A stretch of DNA of 43,903 bases from Oscillospiraceae bacterium (GTDB lineage: Bacteria > Bacillota > Clostridia > Oscillospirales > CAG-272). The notes beneath the pieces are model-generated. The model had not been told where the DNA came from and did no database searches. It was given only the letters and a program-made list of their open reading frames with translations. Made by a program: the position numbers and the translations under genes. Of the stretch, positions 19,025 to 27,075 are shown piece after piece (position 1 is the first letter of the stretch; every line of letters begins with the position of its first letter). The DNA is taken from assembly GCA_015064025.1 (NCBI GenBank), contig SVSZ01000004.1, positions 1-43,903 on the forward strand. The letters run 5' to 3'.

Positions 19025-19807
19025 ATGTTTCAAAATCTCGGACTTCAGATGTTCACCGTTCGCGACTTTATCACCGATCCCGAATTCGCAGACCTTTCCT
19101 TCCGCCGCCTCCGCGAGCTCGGCTACACAGAGACGCAGCTGGCAGGACATGCATTTGATGCAAAGCTCTTCGGCGAGCTTCTTGCAAAGAATGGTATCCG
19201 CGTCGTAGGCAACCACTGCTCTCTTGATGACATCATCAACCGTCCCGACGAGACGATGGAAAAGCATCGCATGTGGGGCACTTCCAACCTCGGTATCGGC
19301 GGCATTCCTCATGAGGCACGTGCAGGAGTCAAGGAGCTTGCAAAATTTATCGATACCTACAACAAGGCAGCAGAGGTATACGCCAAGGAGGGCTTTAAGC
19401 TGACCTTCCACAACCACAACTATGAGTTTGAGCCTATCGACGGCTGCAAAACTCCGATGGAGATCTTCGCCGAGGAATTTGATCCTAACAACATCTCCTT
19501 CGTTCTTGACACCTGCTGGGTAGCGGCAGGAGGCGCCGACGTGCGCGCATGGATGGAACGTCTTGCGGGACGCATCGATATTCTCCACCTCAAGGATCTT
19601 GAGGCAACCAAAGTTGCCAATGCAAGAAGCCCCGAGTTCAACGTCACCGAGATCGGTAACGGCAACCTCTACTGGGACGGCATTATGGAGACTGCGGAAA
19701 AGATCGGCGTTAAGTATTACGTCGTTGAACAGGACAACAACTTCAAGGGCACTCCCTTTGACAGTCTCCGCATGAGCGCAGAATACCTTAAGAAGTATCA
19801 GAAGTAA
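19025..19807 (+). CDS. Sugar phosphate isomerase/epimerase (xylose-isomerase-like TIM barrel)
   Basis: GLQMFTVRD, FHNHNYEF, LDTCW, LHLKD, EIGNG and YVVEQD metal-binding motifs. Confidence 0.9.
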   Translation: MFQNLGLQMFTVRDFITDPEFADLSFRRLRELGYTETQLAGHAFDAKLFGELLAKNGIRVVGNHCSLDDIINRPDETMEKHRMWGTSNLGIGGIPHEARAGVKELAKFIDTYNKAAEVYAKEGFKLTFHNHNYEFEPIDGCKTPMEIFAEEFDPNNISFVLDTCWVAAGGADVRAWMERLAGRIDILHLKDLEATKVANARSPEFNVTEIGNGNLYWDGIMETAEKIGVKYYVVEQDNNFKGTPFDSLRMSAEYLKKYQK

Positions 19808-19809
19808 CT

Positions 19810-19863
19810 TATAAACAAACGGCGCATGGAATGCAATTGCATTCCATGCGCCGTTTGTTTATA
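19810..19863. terminator. Perfect 54-bp palindrome, probable bidirectional terminator
   Basis: TATAAACAAACGGCGCATGGAATGCAA followed directly by its exact reverse complement; lies between convergent stops. Confidence 0.75.
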
Positions 19864-19872
19864 TAAAAGCTT

Positions 19873-20085
19873 TCATCGGTTAATTTCAGGATTTTCGGTG
19901 CGACACATAATATAGTCCATGCTGACGTTATAATAGTTCGCCAACAAAATCAGAGTTTCTGTGGGAGGAATTCTCTTGCCGCTTTCATACTTAGAAAGAA
20001 GAGCTTGTTCAATTCCCGTTTCCAATTGCACGTTCAATTGCGTCTTTTTTCTTTGCAGTCGTAACGCTTTCAAATTCGTTTGCAA
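19873..20085 (-). CDS. XRE-family helix-turn-helix transcriptional regulator
   Basis: LKALR..RKKTQ..V....GI.Q..LSKYESGKR.P....LI.LA.YYNVS.DYI; TTG start with GGGAGG RBS. Confidence 0.92.
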   Translation of the reverse strand: MQTNLKALRLQRKKTQLNVQLETGIEQALLSKYESGKRIPPTETLILLANYYNVSMDYIMCRTENPEINR

Positions 20086-20102
20086 GAAATCCCCTCCCTT
20101 CT

Positions 20103-20219
20103 ATATGACATTTTATCATATTATTCCGCTCCTAAATATGACGCTATGTCATATCGCACAAATTATTTGAGATATTTTTGTGAATTATGCGAATTGAAAA
20201 ATATGACAATTTGTCATAT
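20103..20219. promoter_or_regulatory. Three palindromic operators ATATGAC-N5-GTCATAT
   Basis: 20103-20121 (one mismatch), 20136-20154 and 20201-20219 (both perfect), between the divergent XRE gene and its operon. Confidence 0.8.
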
Positions 20220-20222
20220 AAT
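20194..20222 (+). promoter_or_regulatory. Sigma-A promoter of the islet operon, overlapped by operator 3
   Basis: TTGAAA (20194-20199) - 17 bp - TATAAT (20217-20222). Confidence 0.75.
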
Positions 20223-20247
20223 TTTTAAAAAGCAAAGGAGAAAAAGC

Positions 20248-21273
20248 ATGCAATTTCTGTCTGTTTTAGCCCCACTATTTTCATTTTTGTTATGGGTGGG
20301 CATAATTGTCGGGATTATTACTTTTAGGAAGCAAAGAAAAAAGAAAAAGGAACAACAGCTCCAAAACGACTTTAAAATTGCTCTGGAAAAGCATATTCAG
20401 TCTATGGAAAACAACTCTGCTATGTTTAGAGATTGCTATTCAACACTTGCAAAGGGACTGGGTGTTAATTTGAAAGAGGTGGACACAATGCTTCCCTCTT
20501 TGAATGCTATGAAAGAACATTATGCCTCTGTTTTGGAAGATCTTATTTCCATAAGTGATCATAATCTCTGCCTTTATGACAAAGAAAAACTCAAAAAAGT
20601 GAAATCTGAATCCCTTCCTACCAATGAACAAATATCAAACCATATTATTGAAATTCTTCCCCTGCTTGGAAATTATTACGAAATATACAACGTATTGAAG
20701 AAAGACATTTATGACGACTTATTCTTTAATAAAATATACGCGCTTAACTATATGGCATTTCAACTTTTCCATGAGAACAGAGAAGAAATGGACGAGCAAA
20801 AAAAGAAGTTATACGATTCGGATGTTGAAGTATTTTATGAACGGGTAGATGGACTTTACGATATCGAAGTCGAAATTTTCGTTCCACGCTTTTTGAAGTC
20901 AAGCGGTATGAAGATTGCAAATACGGAAAAATACGTTAAGTTACTTATTGATATCGGGAAAAAGCACGAACCAAGTTACTCAAAATTTAGAATTCTTTGG
21001 ATAAAGCATATGCAAGAAATTGCTAAACCATACATTTCGGCAGGCATGGATTTGTACCGATTTTTTAAAGAAAAAAGTGAAATTCAAGAGAATTTGCTTC
21101 CCTGCTTAAATTTTCATCTCGGCTTTGAAACTCTCAATTATCTGTATATCCCCTCCACAGGGCGCACCAAGGAAAACTGCCAAAAATTATTAGACCTCTA
21201 CACTTCCAAAAAAGCAAGCGGCGAGCTGTTTAGTTGGAAATATGAGGAATATCTTTCAAACGGAAGCATATAA
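20248..21273 (+). CDS. Hypothetical membrane-anchored protein (341 aa)
   Basis: AAGGAG RBS; N-terminal TM helix then RKQRKKKK; long open frame in AT-rich DNA; no recognised domain. Confidence 0.8.
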   Translation: MQFLSVLAPLFSFLLWVGIIVGIITFRKQRKKKKEQQLQNDFKIALEKHIQSMENNSAMFRDCYSTLAKGLGVNLKEVDTMLPSLNAMKEHYASVLEDLISISDHNLCLYDKEKLKKVKSESLPTNEQISNHIIEILPLLGNYYEIYNVLKKDIYDDLFFNKIYALNYMAFQLFHENREEMDEQKKKLYDSDVEVFYERVDGLYDIEVEIFVPRFLKSSGMKIANTEKYVKLLIDIGKKHEPSYSKFRILWIKHMQEIAKPYISAGMDLYRFFKEKSEIQENLLPCLNFHLGFETLNYLYIPSTGRTKENCQKLLDLYTSKKASGELFSWKYEEYLSNGSI

Positions 21274-21296
21274 AACAAGTACGAAAGGAAATATTA

Positions 21297-21569
21297 GTGG
21301 AAATTTTAAGAGGAAGCGCAGGATCAGATATCGCATACAGAATCATTAACAACGACATTGTCTTTGGAAGTAGCGGATATGATATAGCCTATCGCATCAT
21401 TAATAATGACATTGTCTTTGGAAGCAGTGGATATGATGTTGCATATCGCGTTTGTGGGAACGATATCGTACGCGGTTCATCCGGATATGATATTGTGTTT
21501 CGCATCAGCGGAAGAGATATTCTTTTGGGTGCAAGCGGATATGACATCGTATACAGAATCCAATATTGA
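21297..21569 (+). CDS. Hypothetical 90-aa protein made of five 18-aa repeats (possible beta-flower-like fold)
   Basis: Five units of xDIxxGSSGYDIxYRIxx; AAAGGA RBS and GTG start; synonymous differences between units. Confidence 0.8.
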   Translation: MEILRGSAGSDIAYRIINNDIVFGSSGYDIAYRIINNDIVFGSSGYDVAYRVCGNDIVRGSSGYDIVFRISGRDILLGASGYDIVYRIQY

Positions 21570-21584
21570 AAGGAGATAGATTTC

Positions 21585-21767
21585 ATGTGTCCTTACTATT
21601 CAAGAGAATACAAAATTTGTAAAATTTATAAAACACTGTATCGTGAAGGAGAATATCACACGGATGCCTACTGTATGGAAATGAGATACGACCATACACA
21701 ATGCCCCAATTATAAAGAATGCATGAAAAACAACAACGGCATTATACCACCACCTTATAAATTCTAA
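21585..21767 (+). CDS. Hypothetical Cys-rich 60-aa protein
   Basis: AAGGAG RBS; five Cys and two His (CPYY..C..YC..CPNY..C); followed by a terminator. Confidence 0.7.
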   Translation: MCPYYSREYKICKIYKTLYREGEYHTDAYCMEMRYDHTQCPNYKECMKNNNGIIPPPYKF

Positions 21768-21769
21768 TC

Positions 21770-21822
21770 ACAAAAAGCAGCATACCGAATCAACGTTCTT
21801 GATTTGGTATGCTGCTTTTTGT
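21770..21822. terminator. Bidirectional intrinsic terminator
   Basis: ACAAAAAGCAGCATACC / GGTATGCTGCTTTTTGT. Confidence 0.8.
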
Positions 21823-21827
21823 TAACA

Positions 21828-22994
21828 TTAAAGATTTTTCAAAAAACATCCCACGCGGCGCAATGCCTCGCGGATATGATCGGTGGAATAGCAATAGGAC
21901 GCGCGGACAAAGCCCTCACCCCCAAGGCCAAATGCAGTTCCGGGAACAAGCGCTACGCGCTCCGCGTAAAGAAGCTTTTCGCAAAATTCATCCGAGGTCA
22001 TACCCGTAGAACGGATGCACGGGAAGGCATAGAACGCCCCCTTCGGCTCACGGCAAACAAGCCCCAGCTTATTAAAGCCGTCCACGATCAATCTGCGGCG
22101 CATGTCGTATTCCTCGATCATATCCGCAACTGCATCGTCTCCGTTACGCAAAGCCTCAATGGCAGCATACTGCGAGGTCGTAGGGGCACACATGATGGCA
22201 AACTGGTGGATCTTTGTGACCTGCTTTAAGATGGGCGCGGGACCGCAGGCAAAACCAAGTCTCCAGCCCGTCATGGAAAAGGTCTTCGAAAAACCGTTGA
22301 CAAGCACGCATCTATCCTGCATCCCTTCAATGGAAGCAATGGAAACATGCTTCTCTCCTCCAAAGGTCAATTCCGCATAGATCTCATCCGAAATCACCAG
22401 CACGTCAGTGCCGCGCAAAACTTGTGCGATCGCCTCCAGATCTGCCCTTTCCATAATGGCTCCCGTCGGATTGCAGGGATACGGAAGGATGAGCGCCTTG
22501 GTGCGCGGCGTGATTGCCGCCATAAGCTCCTCGGGCGTCACCTTAAAATCGTTTTCAGCCTTTGTCTCAATGATCACGGGCGTGCAACCGCACAAACGAG
22601 CGATCGGCTCGTAGCAAACGTAGCTCGGCTGTGGAATGATGATCTCATCCCCGGGACAGGCAATGGCACGGATGCAAGCGTCGATCGCTTCCGATCCGCC
22701 GACCGTGACGAGCACCTCACCCTTTGCCTCGTAATGCACACCGTATTTTCTTTCCACATAGCGGCAGATCTCCTCGCGAAGAGACTCCAGTCCGCTGTTC
22801 GAGGTATAGCGGGTTTTTCCGTTTTCAAGAGAGGCAATACCCGCCTTGCGGATCTCCCACGGCGTCGCGAAATCGGGTTCACCCACACCTAAAGAGATCA
22901 CACCCTCCATGCTCTCTGCGATATCAAAGTATTTACGGATGCCGGAAGGCTTGATCCCGACAACCGTTGGGGAGAGAATCCTTGTGTAATCCAT
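21828..22994 (-). CDS. PLP-dependent aminotransferase class I/II
   Basis: ISLGVGEPDF.TP, YPCNPTG, SDEIYAEL and NGFSKTFSMTGWRLG (PLP Lys); ATG coupled to the Lrp stop. Confidence 0.93.
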   Translation of the reverse strand: MDYTRILSPTVVGIKPSGIRKYFDIAESMEGVISLGVGEPDFATPWEIRKAGIASLENGKTRYTSNSGLESLREEICRYVERKYGVHYEAKGEVLVTVGGSEAIDACIRAIACPGDEIIIPQPSYVCYEPIARLCGCTPVIIETKAENDFKVTPEELMAAITPRTKALILPYPCNPTGAIMERADLEAIAQVLRGTDVLVISDEIYAELTFGGEKHVSIASIEGMQDRCVLVNGFSKTFSMTGWRLGFACGPAPILKQVTKIHQFAIMCAPTTSQYAAIEALRNGDDAVADMIEEYDMRRRLIVDGFNKLGLVCREPKGAFYAFPCIRSTGMTSDEFCEKLLYAERVALVPGTAFGLGGEGFVRASYCYSTDHIREALRRVGCFLKNL

Positions 22995-23476
22995 CACAGC
23001 AGATAGCTCCCTCTTTCATCTCTGTCCTCGCCCAAAAGCTCCACGTCCAGCTCCTTGTAACGGCGCAGTACAAAGTGTGTAGCCGTTGAGGTCACGGATT
23101 CGATGGTGGAAAGCTCCTTTGCAACAAATTTTGCAACCTCCTGAAAGGTCTTTCCCTTTACCACCACGTTCAAGTCGTACACACCCGACATCAAATAGAC
23201 CGATTCCACCTCGGGATATTTCATCACTCTTGCCGCAACGTCCTCAAAGCCAAGCCCCGCCTTGGGCGTCACCTTCAACTCAATGATCGCGGAAACGTAG
23301 GCACTATCCAGCTTATCCCAGTCAATCACCGCTTTATATCCGCGGATCACACCTGCCGCTTCAAGCTCCGCAACCTCGCGGCGCACCTCGTCCTCGCTGA
23401 TACCTAACATCACGGCGAGATTCTCGGGCGGTGTGCGTGAATCCTTATTCAACAGCTTCAAAAGTTTCTTGTTCAT
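22994..23476 (-). CDS. Lrp/AsnC family transcriptional regulator
   Basis: N-terminal HTH (LE..GVI.GY) and RAM domain (PEVESVYLMSG.YDL, T.THFVL). Confidence 0.92.
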   Translation of the reverse strand: MNKKLLKLLNKDSRTPPENLAVMLGISEDEVRREVAELEAAGVIRGYKAVIDWDKLDSAYVSAIIELKVTPKAGLGFEDVAARVMKYPEVESVYLMSGVYDLNVVVKGKTFQEVAKFVAKELSTIESVTSTATHFVLRRYKELDVELLGEDRDERGSYLL

Positions 23477-23592
23477 AACGTGTATTTTATCCCTTCTCGC
23501 TCAGTCACCCTCCGCGCATGCTTCAAAAAGCCAAGCATTCGGCACGCAAGCGCAACCGACCGTATATTTATTTGACTGTTCACAGTACAGGA

Positions 23593-24096
23593 TCAGTCCT
23601 TCAGCACTTCCATCTTCTCGATTACAACGGGAGTGCGCGGAACGTCATCAAACCATCCCATACGTCCCGTGGGAACCTCTGCGATCTTGTCCACGACCTC
23701 AATTCCCTCCACGACCTTACCAAAGCCCGCATACTGGCGATCAAGATAAGGTGCATCCTTATGCATGATAAAGAACTGGGAGGAAGCGGAATCGGGAACG
23801 TTGGTGCGCGCCATGGAAAGCACACCGCGTGTGTGTGCAAGATCGTTCTGCGCAAATCCGTTGGAGGCAAATTCACCCTTGATCGACTTTGCATCCTTGT
23901 CGGCAAAGCTTTCGTCATAGCCGCCGCCCTGGATCATAAATCCGCTGATGACACGGTGGAAGATCGTCCCCGTGAAAAATCCGGATTCAATCAAGGAAAG
24001 GAAATTCTCCACGGTCAAGGGCGCCTTATCGGGATAAAGCTCCGCGGTGATCTCACCGTAATCTCTGACTGTAATTTTAATCTTAGGGTTGTTCAT
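23593..24096 (-). CDS. ppiB: Cyclophilin-type peptidyl-prolyl isomerase
   Basis: AP.TV.NF, FHRVI.GFMIQGG, H.RG.LSMAR, SA.SQFFI and LD.QYA.FGKV motifs; start at ATG 24096 after AGGAG. Confidence 0.93.
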   Translation of the reverse strand: MNNPKIKITVRDYGEITAELYPDKAPLTVENFLSLIESGFFTGTIFHRVISGFMIQGGGYDESFADKDAKSIKGEFASNGFAQNDLAHTRGVLSMARTNVPDSASSQFFIMHKDAPYLDRQYAGFGKVVEGIEVVDKIAEVPTGRMGWFDDVPRTPVVIEKMEVLKD

Positions 24097-24137
24097 TGTG
24101 CAATTCTCCTTTATAAACATATATTTAGTAACAATTT

Positions 24138-25490
24138 TCATTCCGCAATTTTACGCGGAAGCTTTAAAAAGACAAGGTCGCCGTAATCAAGTCCTACTGT
24201 ACGGACGGTTTCGTTTGTCTTACGGTTCTGCCACGCATCACAAAGCTCAATTTTTTTATGTCCGTGTCCCACGTTGGAAACACAGAGATACACATCCTCA
24301 TTGACAAAAAGGCTTGCGTGCACCCCCTCGGGAAGTTGCCCCTTGACGATCCCGTTTTCTCCAATGTCGATCAGAGCAAGGGAATCCTCCTTCACCATAG
24401 GGCGATACAAAGCGAGATAATCAAACCAACGTGCCCGCGCGTGCACGTCATCGGGAATATCCGACCATTCACTATAAGAGTAAGGTCCGTTTGGATGCTC
24501 CTCATACCATTTGCGCATTTTTTCAAAATGAAGCGTTTCGTTATTCCCCGGATTGTTGATATATTCCACGCCGGGAACAAACGCACGCTCCCCTGTTACA
24601 GGTCTTCCGTCCGTACGAAGCAAAAACTGCATCATGGGAATCGCCATGGCATAAAATGCGTCCGTGTTTTTTTCCTCTACAAAACGATAATCGGGATTGA
24701 CGATCACGTAAGGATCAAATTTTGCCGTCTCCAAAAGATCGGACGCACGGCGTACGCATTCGCCGACCCATAAATAATCGTACACGCGACTGTACGTTTT
24801 GGGAGCCACGCACTGTCCTTGATGGATCTTGACAATGCCTCCGCGCTTCTTCACCATAGTATATACCCTTGACAGAATATCTTCAAAGAAAGGGTCGTAT
24901 TCCAGATAACCGAATTCGGGAGCACCCGTGCATCCGTATCCCATATCATTGTAAAGACCGTCAAATTCGTAATCGTCAAGAAGCCTTTCCAGCTTCGGCA
25001 TGAGAAAATCATTCCATTCTGCCGACGCCGCATCACAGCAACGGTAGCGGTAGTAAAATGCATTGAGCTCATAGACACCGTGCTGCGAAAAGTTTTCCGT
25101 GAACTCGGGATCTCGCCAATCAAAAAAGCCCGTGGAAATATAAGGGAGCACCTTGATGCCGAAATCATGGCAAAGCTTGATAAACTCGCGCAACCCCTCT
25201 GGATCGTGAGAGTTGTATTTGTCCGCCCCCAAAAGTCTTTGAGAATCATTCCACTCCTCGTGAAGCTGAATAAGTCCCACGCCCTTTTCCGAAAGGCATT
25301 TGATCAAATTGTAATCGTATTCTGTCGGACGAATAGAAAAGCGTGACGGATATTCACCGAGATTATAGGTCACCTGTCCCGGAATATAATCTTTAATTCT
25401 TTCGCGTCGGGCACATCCCTTTACCCGTTCCTGTGCAAATTTCAATGCCTCAAAGCGGGCTTTGTAATCTTCAACCGTGTAAATGTTCAT
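24138..25490 (-). CDS. Uncharacterised TIM-barrel glycoside-hydrolase-like protein
   Basis: GV.LIQLHEEW, LREFIKLCHDFGIKVLPY and FDGLYND pattern of retaining (beta/alpha)8 GHs, with a beta-rich C-terminus; GGAGG RBS at 25490. Confidence 0.65.
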   Translation of the reverse strand: MNIYTVEDYKARFEALKFAQERVKGCARRERIKDYIPGQVTYNLGEYPSRFSIRPTEYDYNLIKCLSEKGVGLIQLHEEWNDSQRLLGADKYNSHDPEGLREFIKLCHDFGIKVLPYISTGFFDWRDPEFTENFSQHGVYELNAFYYRYRCCDAASAEWNDFLMPKLERLLDDYEFDGLYNDMGYGCTGAPEFGYLEYDPFFEDILSRVYTMVKKRGGIVKIHQGQCVAPKTYSRVYDYLWVGECVRRASDLLETAKFDPYVIVNPDYRFVEEKNTDAFYAMAIPMMQFLLRTDGRPVTGERAFVPGVEYINNPGNNETLHFEKMRKWYEEHPNGPYSYSEWSDIPDDVHARARWFDYLALYRPMVKEDSLALIDIGENGIVKGQLPEGVHASLFVNEDVYLCVSNVGHGHKKIELCDAWQNRKTNETVRTVGLDYGDLVFLKLPRKIAE

Positions 25491-25589
25491 TACGGCACCT
25501 CCATCCTGGATTTGTTTCTCCAACATTCTATCACCCGGCTTTGAAAAGTAAAAGTACCGTTCTTGGCAAAAAGATTGCAAATATTGACT

Positions 25590-25973
25590 TTATTCCGCAT
25601 TTACTTGCAGATACGCAAGCGTAAACAATTCAGCGATCCTTTCATATCTTCCCGCCAGATGCAAAAAACCGAACAGAGACTCCATTCCCGTTGCCATACG
25701 GTAATCGCTGACGGTAGCATGCTTCGGCACACTCGAATGCCCGAGATTTCTTCCGCGGCGGAAATACCCCTCCTCTTCCTCGCTCAAAAGAGGAAGGATT
25801 CGCTTCATCGCCTCTGCCTGTGCGGACGCACGAACAAAGGAAAGCGCCGCCTCGTTCAGGTGCCCCGATGTGGAAAGTCCCTCATTGACAAGGTGACTGC
25901 GCACCTGCATTTCAAGCACACAATCCCCAAGGTACGCCAGTGCCTGTGTACTGACCTCTCTTACATCGATCAT
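25590..25973 (-). CDS. mrnC: Mini-ribonuclease III
   Basis: ALAYLGD.V.E..VR, V.A.AQA, L.EEE...RRGRN and Y..ATG.E.L.G.L motifs. Confidence 0.92.
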   Translation of the reverse strand: MIDVREVSTQALAYLGDCVLEMQVRSHLVNEGLSTSGHLNEAALSFVRASAQAEAMKRILPLLSEEEEGYFRRGRNLGHSSVPKHATVSDYRMATGMESLFGFLHLAGRYERIAELFTLAYLQVNAE

Positions 25974-26698
25974 GCGTCCCCCTCCTCGGAAGAGACGTCG
26001 GCATTTTTTTCCTTTCCTTTTTTATCATCCTTTTTTTCCTTGGTCTCTTTGGTGTTCTTCTGACGCTTTGCCTCTGCCTTTTGCTCTGCCTTCTGGCGCT
26101 TTACCTCCTCCTTTTCCTGCTCCTCACGTACCTTTTCGTCAATGAGCTCGGGGTAATGCGCGGAAAGCAAAAGCTGTACGGTATTTTTCAAATAAGAGGA
26201 CATTGCGCAAAGCCCCAGAAGAAGGGTAAGGAAATCTCCCTCGTCCTCCACGTTCAAGCGCGCATCCTCTGCAAAGCGCTTGATCTGATCCCACGCATTC
26301 ACTCTTTCAAGCTCCTTAAGTGATAGGTAGTTTGAATAGATCTCCTCAAGCATACGGGAGTCATATGCCTCATGTCCGTAAAGATTCTGCAGGATCCTCT
26401 TTATTTCACCGATGGAAAGCGTGTTCTTCATTTCATAGACGAGAAGCATCTGCAAAATGTGCTCCTTGCTGTATTTTTTTCCCTTAATGGGCGAGAGCAG
26501 GCCGTCCTTGGAATAATTGTTGATCATCGTTTTCGTCAGCACGCGATCCTCAAAATGCTTTGACGCCTCACGCTTTTTTTCCAAAACCAGACTGGTGATC
26601 TGATCCAGGTACAGGTCGATCGACGGAATCTCGGACGGGTGCAGGTCTGCGTCCTGTGTCGCTTCCCTTACCAGCCGTTCCATTTCCGCAATATCCAT
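25970..26698 (-). CDS. DUF1836 domain-containing protein
   Basis: IPSIDLYLDQIT, LTKTMINNYSK.GL, KKYSKEH and LSI.EIK motifs; Lys/Glu-rich tail; start 26698 (AAGGAG) or 26749. Confidence 0.85.
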   Translation of the reverse strand: MDIAEMERLVREATQDADLHPSEIPSIDLYLDQITSLVLEKKREASKHFEDRVLTKTMINNYSKDGLLSPIKGKKYSKEHILQMLLVYEMKNTLSIGEIKRILQNLYGHEAYDSRMLEEIYSNYLSLKELERVNAWDQIKRFAEDARLNVEDEGDFLTLLLGLCAMSSYLKNTVQLLLSAHYPELIDEKVREEQEKEEVKRQKAEQKAEAKRQKNTKETKEKKDDKKGKEKNADVSSEEGDA

Positions 26699-26775
26699 TC
26701 CAAACGCTCCTTCCCGAATGCCGATGGAAGCCACAAATCGGAATTCCATTTCCGCATCACGTGTTTTTCAATACC

Positions 26776-26804
26776 ATTATAACGGATTTAGGAAAGAAAA
26801 TCAA
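26776..26804 (-). promoter_or_regulatory. Sigma-A promoter of DUF1836-mrnC
   Basis: TTGATT - 17 bp - TATAAT. Confidence 0.6.
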
Positions 26805-26848
26805 TAGTTTTGAAAAAGATTTCAAAAAGCCTATGGCGCGGCGTCGAG

Positions 26849-27013
26849 TTTTCCATAAGCAATTTCCCTTCCATTTTCTTACATTCCTGCATAATCGGTC
26901 GAAAATTCACGAATAAAGGCGTCAAAATACAAGTTTTCCGTATAATCCACAAAGTTTTCCATAGGCAGGGTCACTTTTCAACAGAGAAGTTGTGGAAAAC
27001 TTTTTCTGTCGAA
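26849..27013. promoter_or_regulatory. Cluster of DnaA-box-like 9-mers plus a Spo0A box
   Basis: TTTTCCATA 26849, TTTTCCGTA 26934, TAATCCACA 26943, TTTTCCATA 26955, TTTTCAACA 26975, TGTGGAAAA 26991; TGTCGAA at 27007. Confidence 0.5.
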
Positions 27014-27027
27014 TTGCACAAAAAAAC

Positions 27028-27063
27028 AAGCTCCGCAAACACAAAAATGCATTTACGGAGCTT
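27028..27063 (-). terminator. Probable terminator of the nagA-like operon
   Basis: AAGCTCCG / CGGAGCTT stem followed on the minus strand by a T-run. Confidence 0.55.
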
Positions 27064-27075
27064 TGAAATTTTATT

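Noticed and set aside
21297-21569. Possible CRISPR or non-coding tandem repeat
   Set aside because: The 54-bp period is in frame, there is an RBS, and variation is largely synonymous or conservative, so it is best read as coding.
19873-21822. Prophage, ICE or IS remnant
   Set aside because: No integrase, transposase, phage gene, flanking direct repeats or tRNA target visible; kept only as an islet.
26810-27075. Replication origin (oriC)
   Set aside because: No dnaA/dnaN/gidA neighbours and no change in predominant gene orientation.
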